Source: Candidatus Saccharimonadota bacterium (GTDB taxonomy: Bacteria > Patescibacteriota > Saccharimonadia > Saccharimonadales > Saccharimonadaceae). Taken from it: 64,000 bases of DNA. Numbering within the stretch: the stretch's first letter is position 1; each line of letters starts with the position of its first letter. The stretch spans positions 797 to 64,796 of the forward strand of contig WRFU01000001.1 in NCBI GenBank assembly GCA_009778675.1, in the 5' to 3' direction. This document shows positions 1-9,722 of this stretch, piece after piece. The notes below the pieces were generated by a model. The model ran no database searches. It was not told where the DNA came from and worked only from the letters and a program-made list of their open reading frames with translations. The position numbers were made by a program, and so were the translations under genes.

Positions 1-1219
1 TAACGGCTATACTCTTCAAAAGCTCTTGATTGACCTCATCTGTTAACTTACTCTTAGCATCTTCAACCTGGTCGCTAATAATACCGCCGACTTGTTTCGC
101 GCCCGAACTTGAACAGTCAGATGCAATTAGATTTTTATCTTTATCTTCTTTAGCACAGGATTGTTCAGTTTGGTTGCTCTGGTAAGTCCCGTCATTAGAC
201 TGTTGGGCGATGGCTTCGCCGGTAGGGTTATCGGTACTAGTATCATCGGCCGCTTTGGCACTTGGCATAATAGCCGCTAACAGCTTTTGTACCCACGACG
301 TGGCGGTTGAATCAGTGGTACTATCACTGCTACTATCGGGCATTTTTAGACCAGCGTTATTCTCGGTTAAGTTAAACCGGTTTTTAAAATCTTCGGCTGT
401 TCTGTCGTACCAAATTGCTACACGCGGGTTGTACACTTGGTATATACGGTCGCGAAAGCTAGCATCGTTATTCATGGCATCAGTAAAATCAGATTCTGTC
501 ATAGTCTTGCCGGTTGTATCATCGGTAATAGATGTAACTACAAATTGGCCATCCACTGTCGAACTAGGTGTAGTAGCCAGCGTAAAGCCGGCTGCCTTAG
601 ATGCATCAATGGTTTGTTGTGATACGGTGGTAAACACAGTATCAGTATTAAGATTGGATGAGTTAGTGGCCGAAGTAGCACCTTTCTGCCCACCACCAAA
701 GTATTTCTTGGTTAGCATCTCATTATAGCGTAGGTTAGATGTCCAACTGCCCGAAGCATATTTGTCAAATATTTGTTCCACCATATGTATAGGTTGCAGG
801 GCTAGCATCACAAACCCAACAATGACGACAATAACTATCAAAATAGCACCGATAGCTGCTGTCGGCGCGTATTTCATCATTCCACCGTTCTTGCCACTCT
901 TAGCGAGGTTGAGTAGTGCTTTGGGGTCTTTTTTTGCGATGGCGTTGACTAGGTCAGCACCTTGTTTAGCTGCACCTGCACCACCACCCTTGAATGGGAT
1001 GTCGCTTTCGCTATCTGTGCCCGCGCCGCCGCCGCCCGTGGCTTTTTTTTCCAAGTTATTTAGTAGGCTACCAGCTGCCTTGGCCTTGTCGTTGCCACCC
1101 GCTCCACTAGTCCCAATATTTTGACCAACGTCTGGCTTGTCTGGCGTAATAGCAGCTTTAGCCTGTTTGCCAAATGGCCCTAGCTCTTGCCCAGAATCTG
1201 GATTCTCACCATCGTTCAT
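1..1219 (-). CDS. T4SS-locus membrane protein, N-terminal ~406 aa only (ORF runs off the left edge)
   Basis: Absent from the ORF track because no stop lies in the window. I checked the minus-strand frame codon by codon from ATG 1219..1217 to position 2 and found no stop. It reads MNDGENPDSGQELGPFGKQAK..., with a Gly/Ala-rich N-terminus, one hydrophobic helix (AIGAILIVIVVIVGFVMLAL), then a Ser/Thr-rich region. It lies directly downstream of virB4 on the same strand. Confidence 0.6.
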   Translation of the reverse strand, partial: MNDGENPDSGQELGPFGKQAKAAITPDKPDVGQNIGTSGAGGNDKAKAAGSLLNNLEKKATGGGGAGTDSESDIPFKGGGAGAAKQGADLVNAIAKKDPKALLNLAKSGKNGGMMKYAPTAAIGAILIVIVVIVGFVMLALQPIHMVEQIFDKYASGSWTSNLRYNEMLTKKYFGGGQKGATSATNSSNLNTDTVFTTVSQQTIDASKAAGFTLATTPSSTVDGQFVVTSITDDTTGKTMTESDFTDAMNNDASFRDRIYQVYNPRVAIWYDRTAEDFKNRFNLTENNAGLKMPDSSSDSTTDSTATSWVQKLLAAIMPSAKAADDTSTDNPTGEAIAQQSNDGTYQSNQTEQSCAKEDKDKNLIASDCSSSGAKQVGGIISDQVEDAKSKLTDEVNQELLKSIAV

Positions 1220-1244
1220 AATCTATACTATTTTATCATAAAAC

Positions 1245-3104
1245 CTAAGCTTGTGGCGTTAGCTGCGGTTGGTTCTGCTGCTGCGATGCCACCTGCCCGG
1301 CTGGTGTAGTAGAAACTAATGATTCTTCAGTCTGACTGGCGATGATTTGTACATGGACATGATTTTGCCCGGCAAAGAACAGCCCTTGTCCAACTGGGAA
1401 GTTCGACAGCAATTTACGCTCGCCATCGGTTAACTTAAATACATCGGCCAATACATCCACCGCACTGGCTGATTGCTTTAGCAGCAATGTAATCGATGAG
1501 TTGGCCACAATCGAACGCCCCATTTTGCTGCCCATAAAATCTTCGACGTCTTGCGTGACGGTGGTCAGTCCTAGGTAATATTTACGGGCGCGCTTAGCAA
1601 TACTAAAGATAAAGTTAGCGCTATCATCATATTTCATCAACTGCCAGGCTTCATCGACAATCAGCATGCGCCTTTTTTGCCGAGCCCGGGTAATATTCCA
1701 AATATGGCTCAGCACAATATACATTGCTACTGGCCGCAATTCATCTTCTAAGTCGCGAATATTAAACACCACCATTTGGTTGTTAATTTCCACATTACTT
1801 TGCTGACTAAAAATACCAGCAAACGTACCCGTGGTATATTTGCGCAGTCGCTGCGCCAATTGTGGGCCAGTGCCTTCCATGTGCAGTAACGTGTCGTACA
1901 GATTACTAATCGTTGGCGGTATAGAATTGTGGGTTAATGGGTCACTAGTAATACCAGCTCGCGCGTAAGTATCAATTAGAGCTTGGTCTAAATCAGCTTC
2001 TTCGGCCGGTGTCAGGGCTGGCATCGCCTGGCCATTAGCGGCAATTTGTGCCCCACCTAACATCAACCTAAACAGACCATGCAGTGTTACCAGGTTAGAT
2101 TTTAGGGCGTTTTCGGCATCGTCGCTATCAATCACCTTGGGTAGATCAAACGGATTAATCCGCGTGTCACTACTTAAACTTAGGCGGATATAACTGCCAC
2201 CCACAGCGTCGCACAACTTTTGGTATTCATTTTCTGGGTCTATAATTAACACTTCGGTGCCAGTCATCATACTACGCAGGGCTTCGAGCTTGACCGTGAA
2301 CGATTTACCAGCGCCAGACTTAGCAAACACTACCATATTGGCATTTTCTAAACTAAACCGATCAAAAATCACCAAACCATTATTGTGCATATTAATGCCA
2401 TACAGCACACCCTTGTCTTGGGTTAAATCGGCACTAGTAAACGGAAAACTAGTACTAATTGCCCCAGTATTCATATTACGACGAATTTGCAACTGATCGG
2501 CCGCCTGTGGCAGGGTCGCATTTAACCCCTGTTCTTGCTGGCTACTAGCCACTTTACTAAACACCATTTGTTGGCCAAAAATTGTTTCAATTTTATGCTG
2601 CACAAAGTTCAGCTCTTCTAAGCTATCGGCGTAAATAGTAATATATAGCCCAAACCTAAAGAACTTTTCTTGGCCTAACTGCAATTGATCGCGTAAGTTC
2701 TCGGCGTCACTAATCGCCGCTTCTAGTTCTGGATCACGGACTCGCCCTTTTTCGCTGTTAATACTCATGCTGGCTTCTAACTGAGTCACTTTTTTGCGCA
2801 GATTCTTTAAAATCACTGCACTTTCCACCGGGTAAATATACATGCTAATATCTAACACCTCGTCGATGTTAATCAACGGGCTTAGCCAGCCAGTGTATAG
2901 CGTTCGCGGATAGCCATAAACATACATGGTGCGGCCAAATTTGGTGCCCAGGCGGAAGTGGTCGCTGTTAATTTCTAAACTACTCGGCGCGATAAGATCG
3001 CGCATAGTAGTAATGCCAGTTTGAAAGGCCTGCTCAACTTCAGCCTGCTCCTTGGCGCGTTGCTCGGCGGCAATATCTATAACGTCTTTTTGCTTTTTGG
3101 CCAT
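1245..3104 (-). CDS. virB4: VirB4/TrbE/PrgJ-family type IV secretion ATPase
   Basis: 619 aa. Walker A is FAKSGAGKSFTVK and Walker B is MLIVDEAWQL. The N-terminal domain has the usual VirB4 layout. It shares an operon with PrgI-like and VirB6-like genes. Confidence 0.9.
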   Translation of the reverse strand: MAKKQKDVIDIAAEQRAKEQAEVEQAFQTGITTMRDLIAPSSLEINSDHFRLGTKFGRTMYVYGYPRTLYTGWLSPLINIDEVLDISMYIYPVESAVILKNLRKKVTQLEASMSINSEKGRVRDPELEAAISDAENLRDQLQLGQEKFFRFGLYITIYADSLEELNFVQHKIETIFGQQMVFSKVASSQQEQGLNATLPQAADQLQIRRNMNTGAISTSFPFTSADLTQDKGVLYGINMHNNGLVIFDRFSLENANMVVFAKSGAGKSFTVKLEALRSMMTGTEVLIIDPENEYQKLCDAVGGSYIRLSLSSDTRINPFDLPKVIDSDDAENALKSNLVTLHGLFRLMLGGAQIAANGQAMPALTPAEEADLDQALIDTYARAGITSDPLTHNSIPPTISNLYDTLLHMEGTGPQLAQRLRKYTTGTFAGIFSQQSNVEINNQMVVFNIRDLEDELRPVAMYIVLSHIWNITRARQKRRMLIVDEAWQLMKYDDSANFIFSIAKRARKYYLGLTTVTQDVEDFMGSKMGRSIVANSSITLLLKQSASAVDVLADVFKLTDGERKLLSNFPVGQGLFFAGQNHVHVQIIASQTEESLVSTTPAGQVASQQQNQPQLTPQA

Positions 3105-3970
3105 TATCTTGCCTCCTGTGGGGGTGGCGGCGTACCTTCGCCCCTTTGCACGTACAAACTAGTCACTTTACTGAAATCAGCCAACGGCTCATGCACGGCC
3201 GTATCTGGATTGTAAAAATTGTAGAACAGAGTTGATAGTTCCTTGGTGTCTAACCGTACACTATGGACGCCCATCTGGAACAATCCGTTAACTACTAAAT
3301 CGACCCGATTATTTATCTCGGTCACCGCTTTGTCATAGGTAGCACGATCAATTTTGGTTACCGTTGCATCAGCACTACCACTACTGAACAGCTTTTTAAA
3401 GAAACCCTTACTTTGTGCCACAGCGTTTTCAATTGATTCCACGCTGGCGTACTGTACCACAATATAAAAACTCTTATCCATAATATTGGCCTCTTGGCTT
3501 AAAATATCAATAAATTGCATGTAGTCATCCATCAGCACATTCAGCAGCATGTTGTCTTGACCACGACGAATATCGGCCAAACGCTGCAAATAAGGCCCAA
3601 TATCAACTCGCTGCGAACGCACTAAAATCTGAGTGGTAAAATACAGCGAATTTAAGAAGTTTTGATAACTGTATTCCACACCATCTTTTTCGGTCTGACT
3701 CATCAAATCAAAATTGATCGATTCACAGGCCACCACTGCCCGAAAAGTGCCATCTTTCATGATCAACATACCATCGCGAATTTGCGAAACCTGCAAACTA
3801 TCCTGAGTACTTATAACCCCTGGTTTTTTGGCTGCTTTTACCGCCTTTTTGTCGTCGTCTTTGGTTGCCCCCGCCCCTTGCACGTTAGTGGCTGCAGGTG
3901 CAGTGGCAGCGGGCGCAGTTGCACCAACCGGGTTGGCGTTGGGAATTGCTGATTGTTCATTTGGATTCAT
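3104..3970 (-). CDS. T4SS-associated protein of unknown function
   Basis: 288 aa with an Ala/Thr/Pro low-complexity N-terminus followed by a globular domain. Its stop overlaps the virB4 start (TAATG). An SD (AAGGTGGG) lies upstream. Confidence 0.55.
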   Translation of the reverse strand: MNPNEQSAIPNANPVGATAPAATAPAATNVQGAGATKDDDKKAVKAAKKPGVISTQDSLQVSQIRDGMLIMKDGTFRAVVACESINFDLMSQTEKDGVEYSYQNFLNSLYFTTQILVRSQRVDIGPYLQRLADIRRGQDNMLLNVLMDDYMQFIDILSQEANIMDKSFYIVVQYASVESIENAVAQSKGFFKKLFSSGSADATVTKIDRATYDKAVTEINNRVDLVVNGLFQMGVHSVRLDTKELSTLFYNFYNPDTAVHEPLADFSKVTSLYVQRGEGTPPPPQEAR

Positions 3971-3985
3971 TAACTTTTGCCCACC

Positions 3986-4888
3986 TTACCTTAACGAAAC
4001 AAATACTTCGCCTTCATCCTTTTTAGTTGCTTTTTCGGCCTGTCGGGCGATTGTTTCAACTGACAGGTCATTGTTATTGGCCAAATTAACTATATCTGGC
4101 GAAATACCATTGTCCTGGTCTTCGTCTTTAATTATATCAGGCGCAGCGGCTACTTGACTAGGCGCAGCAGCTGGCGCGACTGGTTCGGGCACTGGTTTAT
4201 AAAATGATGTTATCTGTGGTGGTGCTTCAGCCGCTTCTGTAATAGCCGCCAAATCTGGCGTAGCGGCGGCTGGCTGAACACCAGTACTAGCGTCTTCTTG
4301 GGCAAAAGAATCCCGCATGCTTTTTATTACATCATCACGACGTTTTTGATCAGTGTTATCCATCAGCTGACTTAAATTGTTGGCCATTTGGCTATTTTCA
4401 TCTAGTACGTCGGTGGTACTCATGGCCTCTTGGTACAAATCATCACGCATCGGGCTACTGCCGCCAGTTTTGATCGCCCAACCCTGGCTGTCAGCCAAAT
4501 TCGATAAATAGGTCAACCGCTTATTGGCCTCGTTTTCACTTATATCTTTGGTGTATTGCACTTCTTCGACTTTTGGCGCGGTGATTTCTATTTGTGATTC
4601 AATGCCGTCGGCCTGCCAGATACGTTTTCGGGGTTTTAAAAAGAAAGACACAATTGCCAGTAGGTATGTTTCCATCGGCTGATCTTTTTTTAATGGCAAG
4701 GCCAATGCCCCAAACAGCACGATAACTGGTAAGGGTATAATTGCCAGCCCAATAAATAGCGTGCCCAAAGCCCAAGCTAATGCCACGCAGCCAGCTACAA
4801 TGACTAAATAAATAAACTGTCGAAAGCTAAACGGCCCTAAAAGTTTATCTTCGGCCTCCACGTTCTGCGGTACACTATACTGACCCAT
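3986..4888 (-). CDS. PrgI/VirB3-like T4SS membrane protein with long C-terminal extension
   Basis: 300 aa. The N-terminus (VPQNVEAEDKLLGPFSFRQFIYLVIVAG followed by two TM helices) matches the PrgI-family pattern. It sits two genes upstream of virB4, separated from it by the 288-aa ORF at 3104..3970. Confidence 0.55.
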   Translation of the reverse strand: MGQYSVPQNVEAEDKLLGPFSFRQFIYLVIVAGCVALAWALGTLFIGLAIIPLPVIVLFGALALPLKKDQPMETYLLAIVSFFLKPRKRIWQADGIESQIEITAPKVEEVQYTKDISENEANKRLTYLSNLADSQGWAIKTGGSSPMRDDLYQEAMSTTDVLDENSQMANNLSQLMDNTDQKRRDDVIKSMRDSFAQEDASTGVQPAAATPDLAAITEAAEAPPQITSFYKPVPEPVAPAAAPSQVAAAPDIIKDEDQDNGISPDIVNLANNNDLSVETIARQAEKATKKDEGEVFVSLR

Positions 4889-5023
4889 GATACCATCATA
4901 ACATTAGCATTAAATAAATAACAGATACCGCGTTGCCCAAAGGTCAACCCCTACGGTATACCAAAAGGTCGGTTTTTAATCAGAAGACAACAACAAAATA
5001 ACCCGACCCAACCGGTTACAGCC

Positions 5024-5052
5024 ATTGTAGCATACAACTTATGCTTTGTCAA
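5024..5052 (-). promoter_or_regulatory. consensus promoter cTATTGACA-17-TGcTACAAT upstream of the prgI-like/virB4 operon
   Basis: The minus strand reads cctATTGACAaagcataagttgtaTGcTACAAT. A second, proximal TGtTATGAT at 4895..4903 lies 6 nt from ATG 4888. Confidence 0.6.
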
Positions 5053-5173
5053 TAGGCAAAGTCATGTTATACTCGGACTGAAGTTAGCAATTTATAGCTA
5101 AGGCACCTTAGAGATTGGAGTAACACGCACGCCTTGTAAACGTCATGACCGTTTCGACCGAAAGGATTAGCTC

Positions 5174-5326
5174 ATGCCTATGTTCTTCTCTGCCTACACT
5201 GCGTCCAAAACCTACAGTATGCAATATCCGAACAGCATTTTGTGCTCATGTGGAGAAACAATTTGGGTGGCCAATGGCTCTAACCCTTATATCTGCCCCT
5301 ATTGCAGGCACACGCACAATCCTTAA
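5174..5326 (+). CDS. small zinc-ribbon protein (50 aa), below the ORF-track length cutoff
   Basis: My translation is MPMFFSAYTASKTYSMQYPNSILCSCGETIWVANGSNPYICPYCRHTHNP, with CxC...CxxC spacing. An SD (AAAGGA) lies 8 nt upstream and a TTGTCA-16-TGtTATACT promoter lies at 5046..5073. Strong hairpins follow at 5345..5370. I prefer it over the overlapping track ORF 5145..5372. Confidence 0.35.
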   Translation: MPMFFSAYTASKTYSMQYPNSILCSCGETIWVANGSNPYICPYCRHTHNP

Positions 5327-5444
5327 TTCAGATTGTCTTTTCATGAAAAGAACCTTATCCTGCGCAGGATAAGGTTCAAGCCATGATACCGGCAACCAAC
5401 TCTAATCAACAGCCCCATCAAATTAGGCGGGGCTGTTGTCGTAT

Positions 5445-8000
5445 TTAGTCGCGGCCAAGATCAGAATCTGACACTTCGGTAATGCCCAATGTGTCCTTTA
5501 GCTTAATCAGCTCGTCGATAACTTCTTTACCGGTAGCGCTTCTTAAAATGTCATCTTTAGAAAAGTCTTTCAGAGTCCGCGTAATTTCTTTCTTGATCGT
5601 TGCTCGCACTGCTATGGCTTCGGCGTCAGTGTTTAACCCTAGCGCAGTTTTAATAGCACCAACGTTACCTAGCAACGTATTGTAAATATCCAGTGCTGCA
5701 GGCTTTTGTCCACTCAAAGCTTTAGCGTTGACTTTGTCTTGCAAAGCTTCAAGCATAATTTTCTCTGGGTTGATAGCCGACGAACCTTCGCCAATTTGCG
5801 CCAAATTGCCCGGCCCTAAGTACAAAGCATCATCTTTGATTTTCGCATCCATCAACGCTTGAGAAAGCAGTTGACGGTAGCTATGCAGTCGCTCACCAGG
5901 CGCCACCAAACGGACTAAATTATTAATAGTTGGAATGTCCTTGGCAATCACAGCTCGTTGAATGGCGATTTCGACCATCGGATCATCCGCCTTATACATT
6001 CCGTTGGCGTCGACTTGATTTATATCAATAGTCTTGACCACATTACCAGCCGCATCAGTATAGTTAAGCGCGGTGGGGTTATCATAATTAAACAGAGCTT
6101 TAAATTTAGGATCGTCCTTATTATGTAATGTCTTTAGGTATGCTTCGATTGCGGTGCGTTCATCCACGTGGGCTTTTTGGCTGACCGCAATGGCTGATGC
6201 CAAGCTGCCCATTTTGCCAGTTTCGCCACGCACGCCCGACATTTTGGTTAGTATAGCGTCAACTCGTACTGGATCTCTTTCTTGACCCTTAGCTAGCAGA
6301 TCTGCAAAATCTTGGTTGTAGGCGGTCTTGGCATTTTCTACCGCTGCAGCACTGACTAGATCAGCGTAACCGCCAGTTTGGGATAGCTCAAGTGCCGCTT
6401 TGGCCATTTCGTTCGTTTTAACTTGATTTGGACTGATATGTAACTCATCACCGAAGAACTGTTGACGGTTGGCCTCTGTGTCTTGTAGCTCACCGCGCTT
6501 AACTTTATTGGAATAACGATTACCTACAGTACGAGCGGCTTGCCACTGGTACTCACGCTCACTAGCTGTAACATTCTTGTCATATTCGGCTTTCTGGTTG
6601 GCAAAGTAAGCTCGCTGCGCGCGAACGGCTTGGCCGCGAGTCCTGCCGCGCGTGTTTTTAGCTAATTCATTATAGTTAGCCTCTTCCTTAGTTTCAGCAG
6701 CTTTTAATTCAGCTTCACGCGTGCGCTTGCCTGTAGCCAGGCTACCAGCTATACCGGCTGGTGTTACAAAGCGACGCCAGCCGGCTCTCTCTGACCCTTT
6801 AGCTGCCATTTGAGCTCGCTTGAGTCGCTGTTGTTCAGCGCTCCAATCCTTAACACTCTTCTCGGCACCGTTAAAGGCTTTGCGTACGCCGTTACCAATG
6901 CCGCCCAATAGTGAGCCACTCATTTTCATCAAAAATGGTGAAAAGATCAGTGGTACTACCTGCACCGCCAGGCCTAAAATAACAGCAATAGCACTAGTAG
7001 CAGATTGCAAAATCGCCCAGCCCGCCAACTGTGCCGCGCCAAATAGCAGCGAAAAAGCCGGAAAGATTATTAGCATTTGCATCAACATTTTGCGCCACTT
7101 CTCGAACCATTTTTCGGTGTTAGGCAATAGGTAGGCCACAAAAGCTAGGGGCGAGATTAACACCAGTAGCACTATTAGCCCCTGGCGGGCAGCCAGTATG
7201 ATAATTGCTGCTATCACTGCCAATGCGGCCGAAAGTATCACTGGTACAATCAACGCCAATAAGCCAGTCCAACCGCCGGCTGCTATAAAACCTGCTCCAG
7301 CTCCTACTGCGCCAGCACCGCCCGCCAATAAATCCGTAAAAGTAAAATTAACCGCTACGGCGCCACTTTTTGCTGCGGCTGCCTCGCGGATGCTTACAAA
7401 TAGCCCGCTTAAACTAGCCCCCAGAATATTAGATACATCCACGGCTATAGTGCAAATTAAATAAGACAGATTGACTAGTATCGCCGCTATGATTATCCGT
7501 GGCAGCACTTTTTTAATGCCATAATTATTTATACCTAGACCGGTGACCTGTGAGTAAACCACCACCAGCATAAAAATTATAAACACTACGTTGGCGACAT
7601 TACGCATATATGACCACACGGTGTAAATTGGGGATTCAGTGTCGGTGGACAGTGGTTTAGTGACTAAAAATTTCGACAATACGTTGTTATATAAGTTGTC
7701 GATACTTTTGGCTAGCCAGCTAGATACCGAACAGACAATCCAACTGATATTACCAGCTTCATGGGTACAAAAATCACCACTTTTAGTTTGGTCGGTGTTT
7801 TTGTCGGTCGTAGTCTTAGTTTGGTCAGTCGGCTGAGTTTGAGTGGTTTGATCAGTGCTGGCTGGTACGGCGTTAGCATTATTTGGCGGCATCCATAAAC
7901 AAGCCACTAAAACTAGCGGTAAAAATAGCGCTAACAGTAGTTTTTTTGCTGTTTTTATTGCCACACCCAAAAAACCAGCAGCCTCTTTTCCAAACTGCAT
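5445..8000 (-). CDS. VirB6/TrbL/TcpH-like polytopic T4SS membrane protein
   Basis: 851 aa with a signal/anchor, a Thr/Gln-rich linker, a block of about 6-8 TM helices (res ~140-370), then a ~480-aa hydrophilic tail. It is divergent from the pilin array. Confidence 0.55.
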   Translation of the reverse strand: MQFGKEAAGFLGVAIKTAKKLLLALFLPLVLVACLWMPPNNANAVPASTDQTTQTQPTDQTKTTTDKNTDQTKSGDFCTHEAGNISWIVCSVSSWLAKSIDNLYNNVLSKFLVTKPLSTDTESPIYTVWSYMRNVANVVFIIFMLVVVYSQVTGLGINNYGIKKVLPRIIIAAILVNLSYLICTIAVDVSNILGASLSGLFVSIREAAAAKSGAVAVNFTFTDLLAGGAGAVGAGAGFIAAGGWTGLLALIVPVILSAALAVIAAIIILAARQGLIVLLVLISPLAFVAYLLPNTEKWFEKWRKMLMQMLIIFPAFSLLFGAAQLAGWAILQSATSAIAVILGLAVQVVPLIFSPFLMKMSGSLLGGIGNGVRKAFNGAEKSVKDWSAEQQRLKRAQMAAKGSERAGWRRFVTPAGIAGSLATGKRTREAELKAAETKEEANYNELAKNTRGRTRGQAVRAQRAYFANQKAEYDKNVTASEREYQWQAARTVGNRYSNKVKRGELQDTEANRQQFFGDELHISPNQVKTNEMAKAALELSQTGGYADLVSAAAVENAKTAYNQDFADLLAKGQERDPVRVDAILTKMSGVRGETGKMGSLASAIAVSQKAHVDERTAIEAYLKTLHNKDDPKFKALFNYDNPTALNYTDAAGNVVKTIDINQVDANGMYKADDPMVEIAIQRAVIAKDIPTINNLVRLVAPGERLHSYRQLLSQALMDAKIKDDALYLGPGNLAQIGEGSSAINPEKIMLEALQDKVNAKALSGQKPAALDIYNTLLGNVGAIKTALGLNTDAEAIAVRATIKKEITRTLKDFSKDDILRSATGKEVIDELIKLKDTLGITEVSDSDLGRD

Positions 8001-8006
8001 GTGTTT

Positions 8007-8035
8007 ATTTTAGCACATCTCTGTAGAAAAATCAA
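8007..8035 (-). promoter_or_regulatory. promoter TTGATT-17-TGcTAAAAT, with the ATG of the VirB6-like gene 6 nt after the -10 (leaderless layout)
   Basis: The minus strand reads TTGATTtttctacagagatgTGcTAAAATaaacacATG. Confidence 0.6.
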
Positions 8036-8076
8036 GCTTAAGAGCCAAAAAAGTTGCCGTTTGGCCTACCCCGGCT

Positions 8077-8102
8077 CGTCATCCTGAGTTTGTTTCAGGA
8101 TC
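8077..8102 (+). repeat. copy of the GTCATCCTGA-N-TTTCAGGATC hairpin repeat family
   Basis: The sequence cgtcatcctgagtttgtttcaggatc matches the copies clustered at 34.4-35.0 kb. Confidence 0.8.
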
Positions 8103-8181
8103 TAAGGTCACTCGAACACGGCCTTAACTAGTGCGAAAAAGTTGCTTTTTTACCCCGCATGTTATATATTCAAACCAGATT

Positions 8182-8922
8182 ATGAAAAAGAAAAACCTAC
8201 CCGCCATAAGATACTTGTTATCCATAGCCATTCTGTTACTTATGGTTCTGGGCTTCACTGTATATAATAGTGATGTTTATGGCGCTTCAAATTTTGTCAT
8301 GAAGAATTATGGTTATGCTCAGCCTTGCAGTGATGGTTATTGGCTCAAATCGGCTTGCTTGAAGGCGAACAGTTTACCGTGTAGAGCTGAAGTCAATAAG
8401 GCTGACTATGAAAGTTGCGTTAAGAAGGGCTGTGCAGCATTAAGCACCGATGTTTATAAAAATGCCTGTTTCTACTTTGCGACTGGGCCGGCTACTGGTA
8501 CACCCAGGACTAATAATGATCCCAAGCTTAAAACCAGTGATTTCGCGGAGCCGACCGCTTTTAACGCTACCACTGGCAAATTTACCACGGGTGCTAGCCT
8601 TGGGGGCGGTAGCAGCAATAGTGGCTCTACTGGCGTTAAAGGTTGCGACGAAACATCGATTATCAGTGTGGACTGCGATGATAAAGGTAGTGGTATCTGG
8701 GGATTGCTTGGTATTATTCTAAATATTATGACAGTTGGTGTTGGTATATTAGCGGTGGCGGGTATTGCTTTTGCCGCTGTAATTTACATTACGGCCGAAG
8801 GCAGCCCCGATCGGCTTAAAAAGGCCAAAACCTGGATCTTCAATGTGGTACTGGGGCTAGTGTTATATGGTTTGCTATGGGCCATAATGCAATTCTTTGT
8901 ACCAGGCGGGGTGTTTAACTAA
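8182..8922 (+). CDS. VirB2/TrbC-like pilin paralogue with a Cys-rich N-terminal domain
   Basis: I placed the start at MKKKNLPAIRYLL (signal peptide). The secreted region has 8 Cys. The C-terminal two-helix hairpin with ...ITAEGSPDRLKKAKTWIFNVVLGLV... fits the family motif shared with the next six genes. Confidence 0.55.
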   Translation: MKKKNLPAIRYLLSIAILLLMVLGFTVYNSDVYGASNFVMKNYGYAQPCSDGYWLKSACLKANSLPCRAEVNKADYESCVKKGCAALSTDVYKNACFYFATGPATGTPRTNNDPKLKTSDFAEPTAFNATTGKFTTGASLGGGSSNSGSTGVKGCDETSIISVDCDDKGSGIWGLLGIILNIMTVGVGILAVAGIAFAAVIYITAEGSPDRLKKAKTWIFNVVLGLVLYGLLWAIMQFFVPGGVFN

Positions 8923-9386
8923 TGAAAAAGGCGCTGTTATCTGCCCTAATTATCGCGGCTGGTGTGTTTAGCCTGTCACCTATGCTGGCTTCTACTACTC
9001 TGGCTGCTTCTAGTACTCCCCCTGCCGAAACTAGTAATTACGTCTATGATTGCAACGCCAACAGCTTTTTAACTTTTCGGGCGTGGTATGCTGGCAAATT
9101 ATGTGACAAGAAAGGTAATGTCGGCATTGACCGCAAGTATGGCAGCGATGGGCTTACTAAGTTTATCTGGACAGTCGTCCTAAATGTCGTTGATAACATT
9201 TTCCAGTTAATCGGTTATGTATCGGTCGGCTTTTTGATGTATGGTGGCTATTTATGGATATTCTCGCAAGGTGTACCCGAAAGTGTGGCCAAAGGCAAAA
9301 AAACCATCACCAATGCTATTGTGGGGCTAGTAATTGCTCTGTTCGCCACGCTAATAGTTAATGTTATTTTAGGAGTATTCATGTAA
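8922..9386 (+). CDS. VirB2/TrbC-like pilin paralogue
   Basis: 154 aa with a signal peptide and a C-terminal hairpin (..YGGYLWIFSQGVPESVAKGKKTITNAIVGLVIALFATLIV). Its start overlaps the upstream stop (TAATG). Confidence 0.6.
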   Translation: MKKALLSALIIAAGVFSLSPMLASTTLAASSTPPAETSNYVYDCNANSFLTFRAWYAGKLCDKKGNVGIDRKYGSDGLTKFIWTVVLNVVDNIFQLIGYVSVGFLMYGGYLWIFSQGVPESVAKGKKTITNAIVGLVIALFATLIVNVILGVFM

Positions 9387-9721
9387 TGAACGATATCGGT
9401 TTAAAATTATGGATAATGTTAACAAATGTGGCGGCATCCACGGCTCCAGCCACTGATGCTAGTTCCGCCCTTAAACAGGCTAACGTACCACATACGAACG
9501 CCAATACCGCCCTAACCAACATCTTAAACCTAGCTTATTTTGCGGCTGGTATTGCCTGCACGGTTATGATCGTGGTCGCTGGCATCAATTGGATTATTAG
9601 TAGCGGTCAGCCAGACAAGGTCAAAAAAGCTCAGCAAACCCTTACCTACGCAATTATTGGCCTGATTATCGTCGTGTCGGCTTTCGCGATTACGCGATTT
9701 ATAGTGGGTGGAGCAAGCTAG
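9386..9721 (+). CDS. VirB2/TrbC-like pilin paralogue
   Basis: 111 aa with the motif ..VAGINWIISSGQPDKVKKAQQTLTYAIIGLIIVVSAFAI. TAATG coupling. Confidence 0.65.
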   Translation: MNDIGLKLWIMLTNVAASTAPATDASSALKQANVPHTNANTALTNILNLAYFAAGIACTVMIVVAGINWIISSGQPDKVKKAQQTLTYAIIGLIIVVSAFAITRFIVGGAS

Positions 9722-9722
9722 C

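Noticed and set aside
210-1124. Track ORFs 210..728 and 762..1124 on the + strand.
   Set aside because: They are antisense to a continuous minus-strand frame (1219 to the window edge) that I verified is stop-free and protein-like. Their own sequences are low-complexity with an Ala/Ser/Leu/Pro bias.
5145-5372. 75-aa track ORF in the T4SS gap.
   Set aside because: It has a Cys/Ser/Thr/Leu-biased sequence and no SD. The overlapping 50-aa zinc-ribbon frame with an SD is preferred, although still at low confidence.
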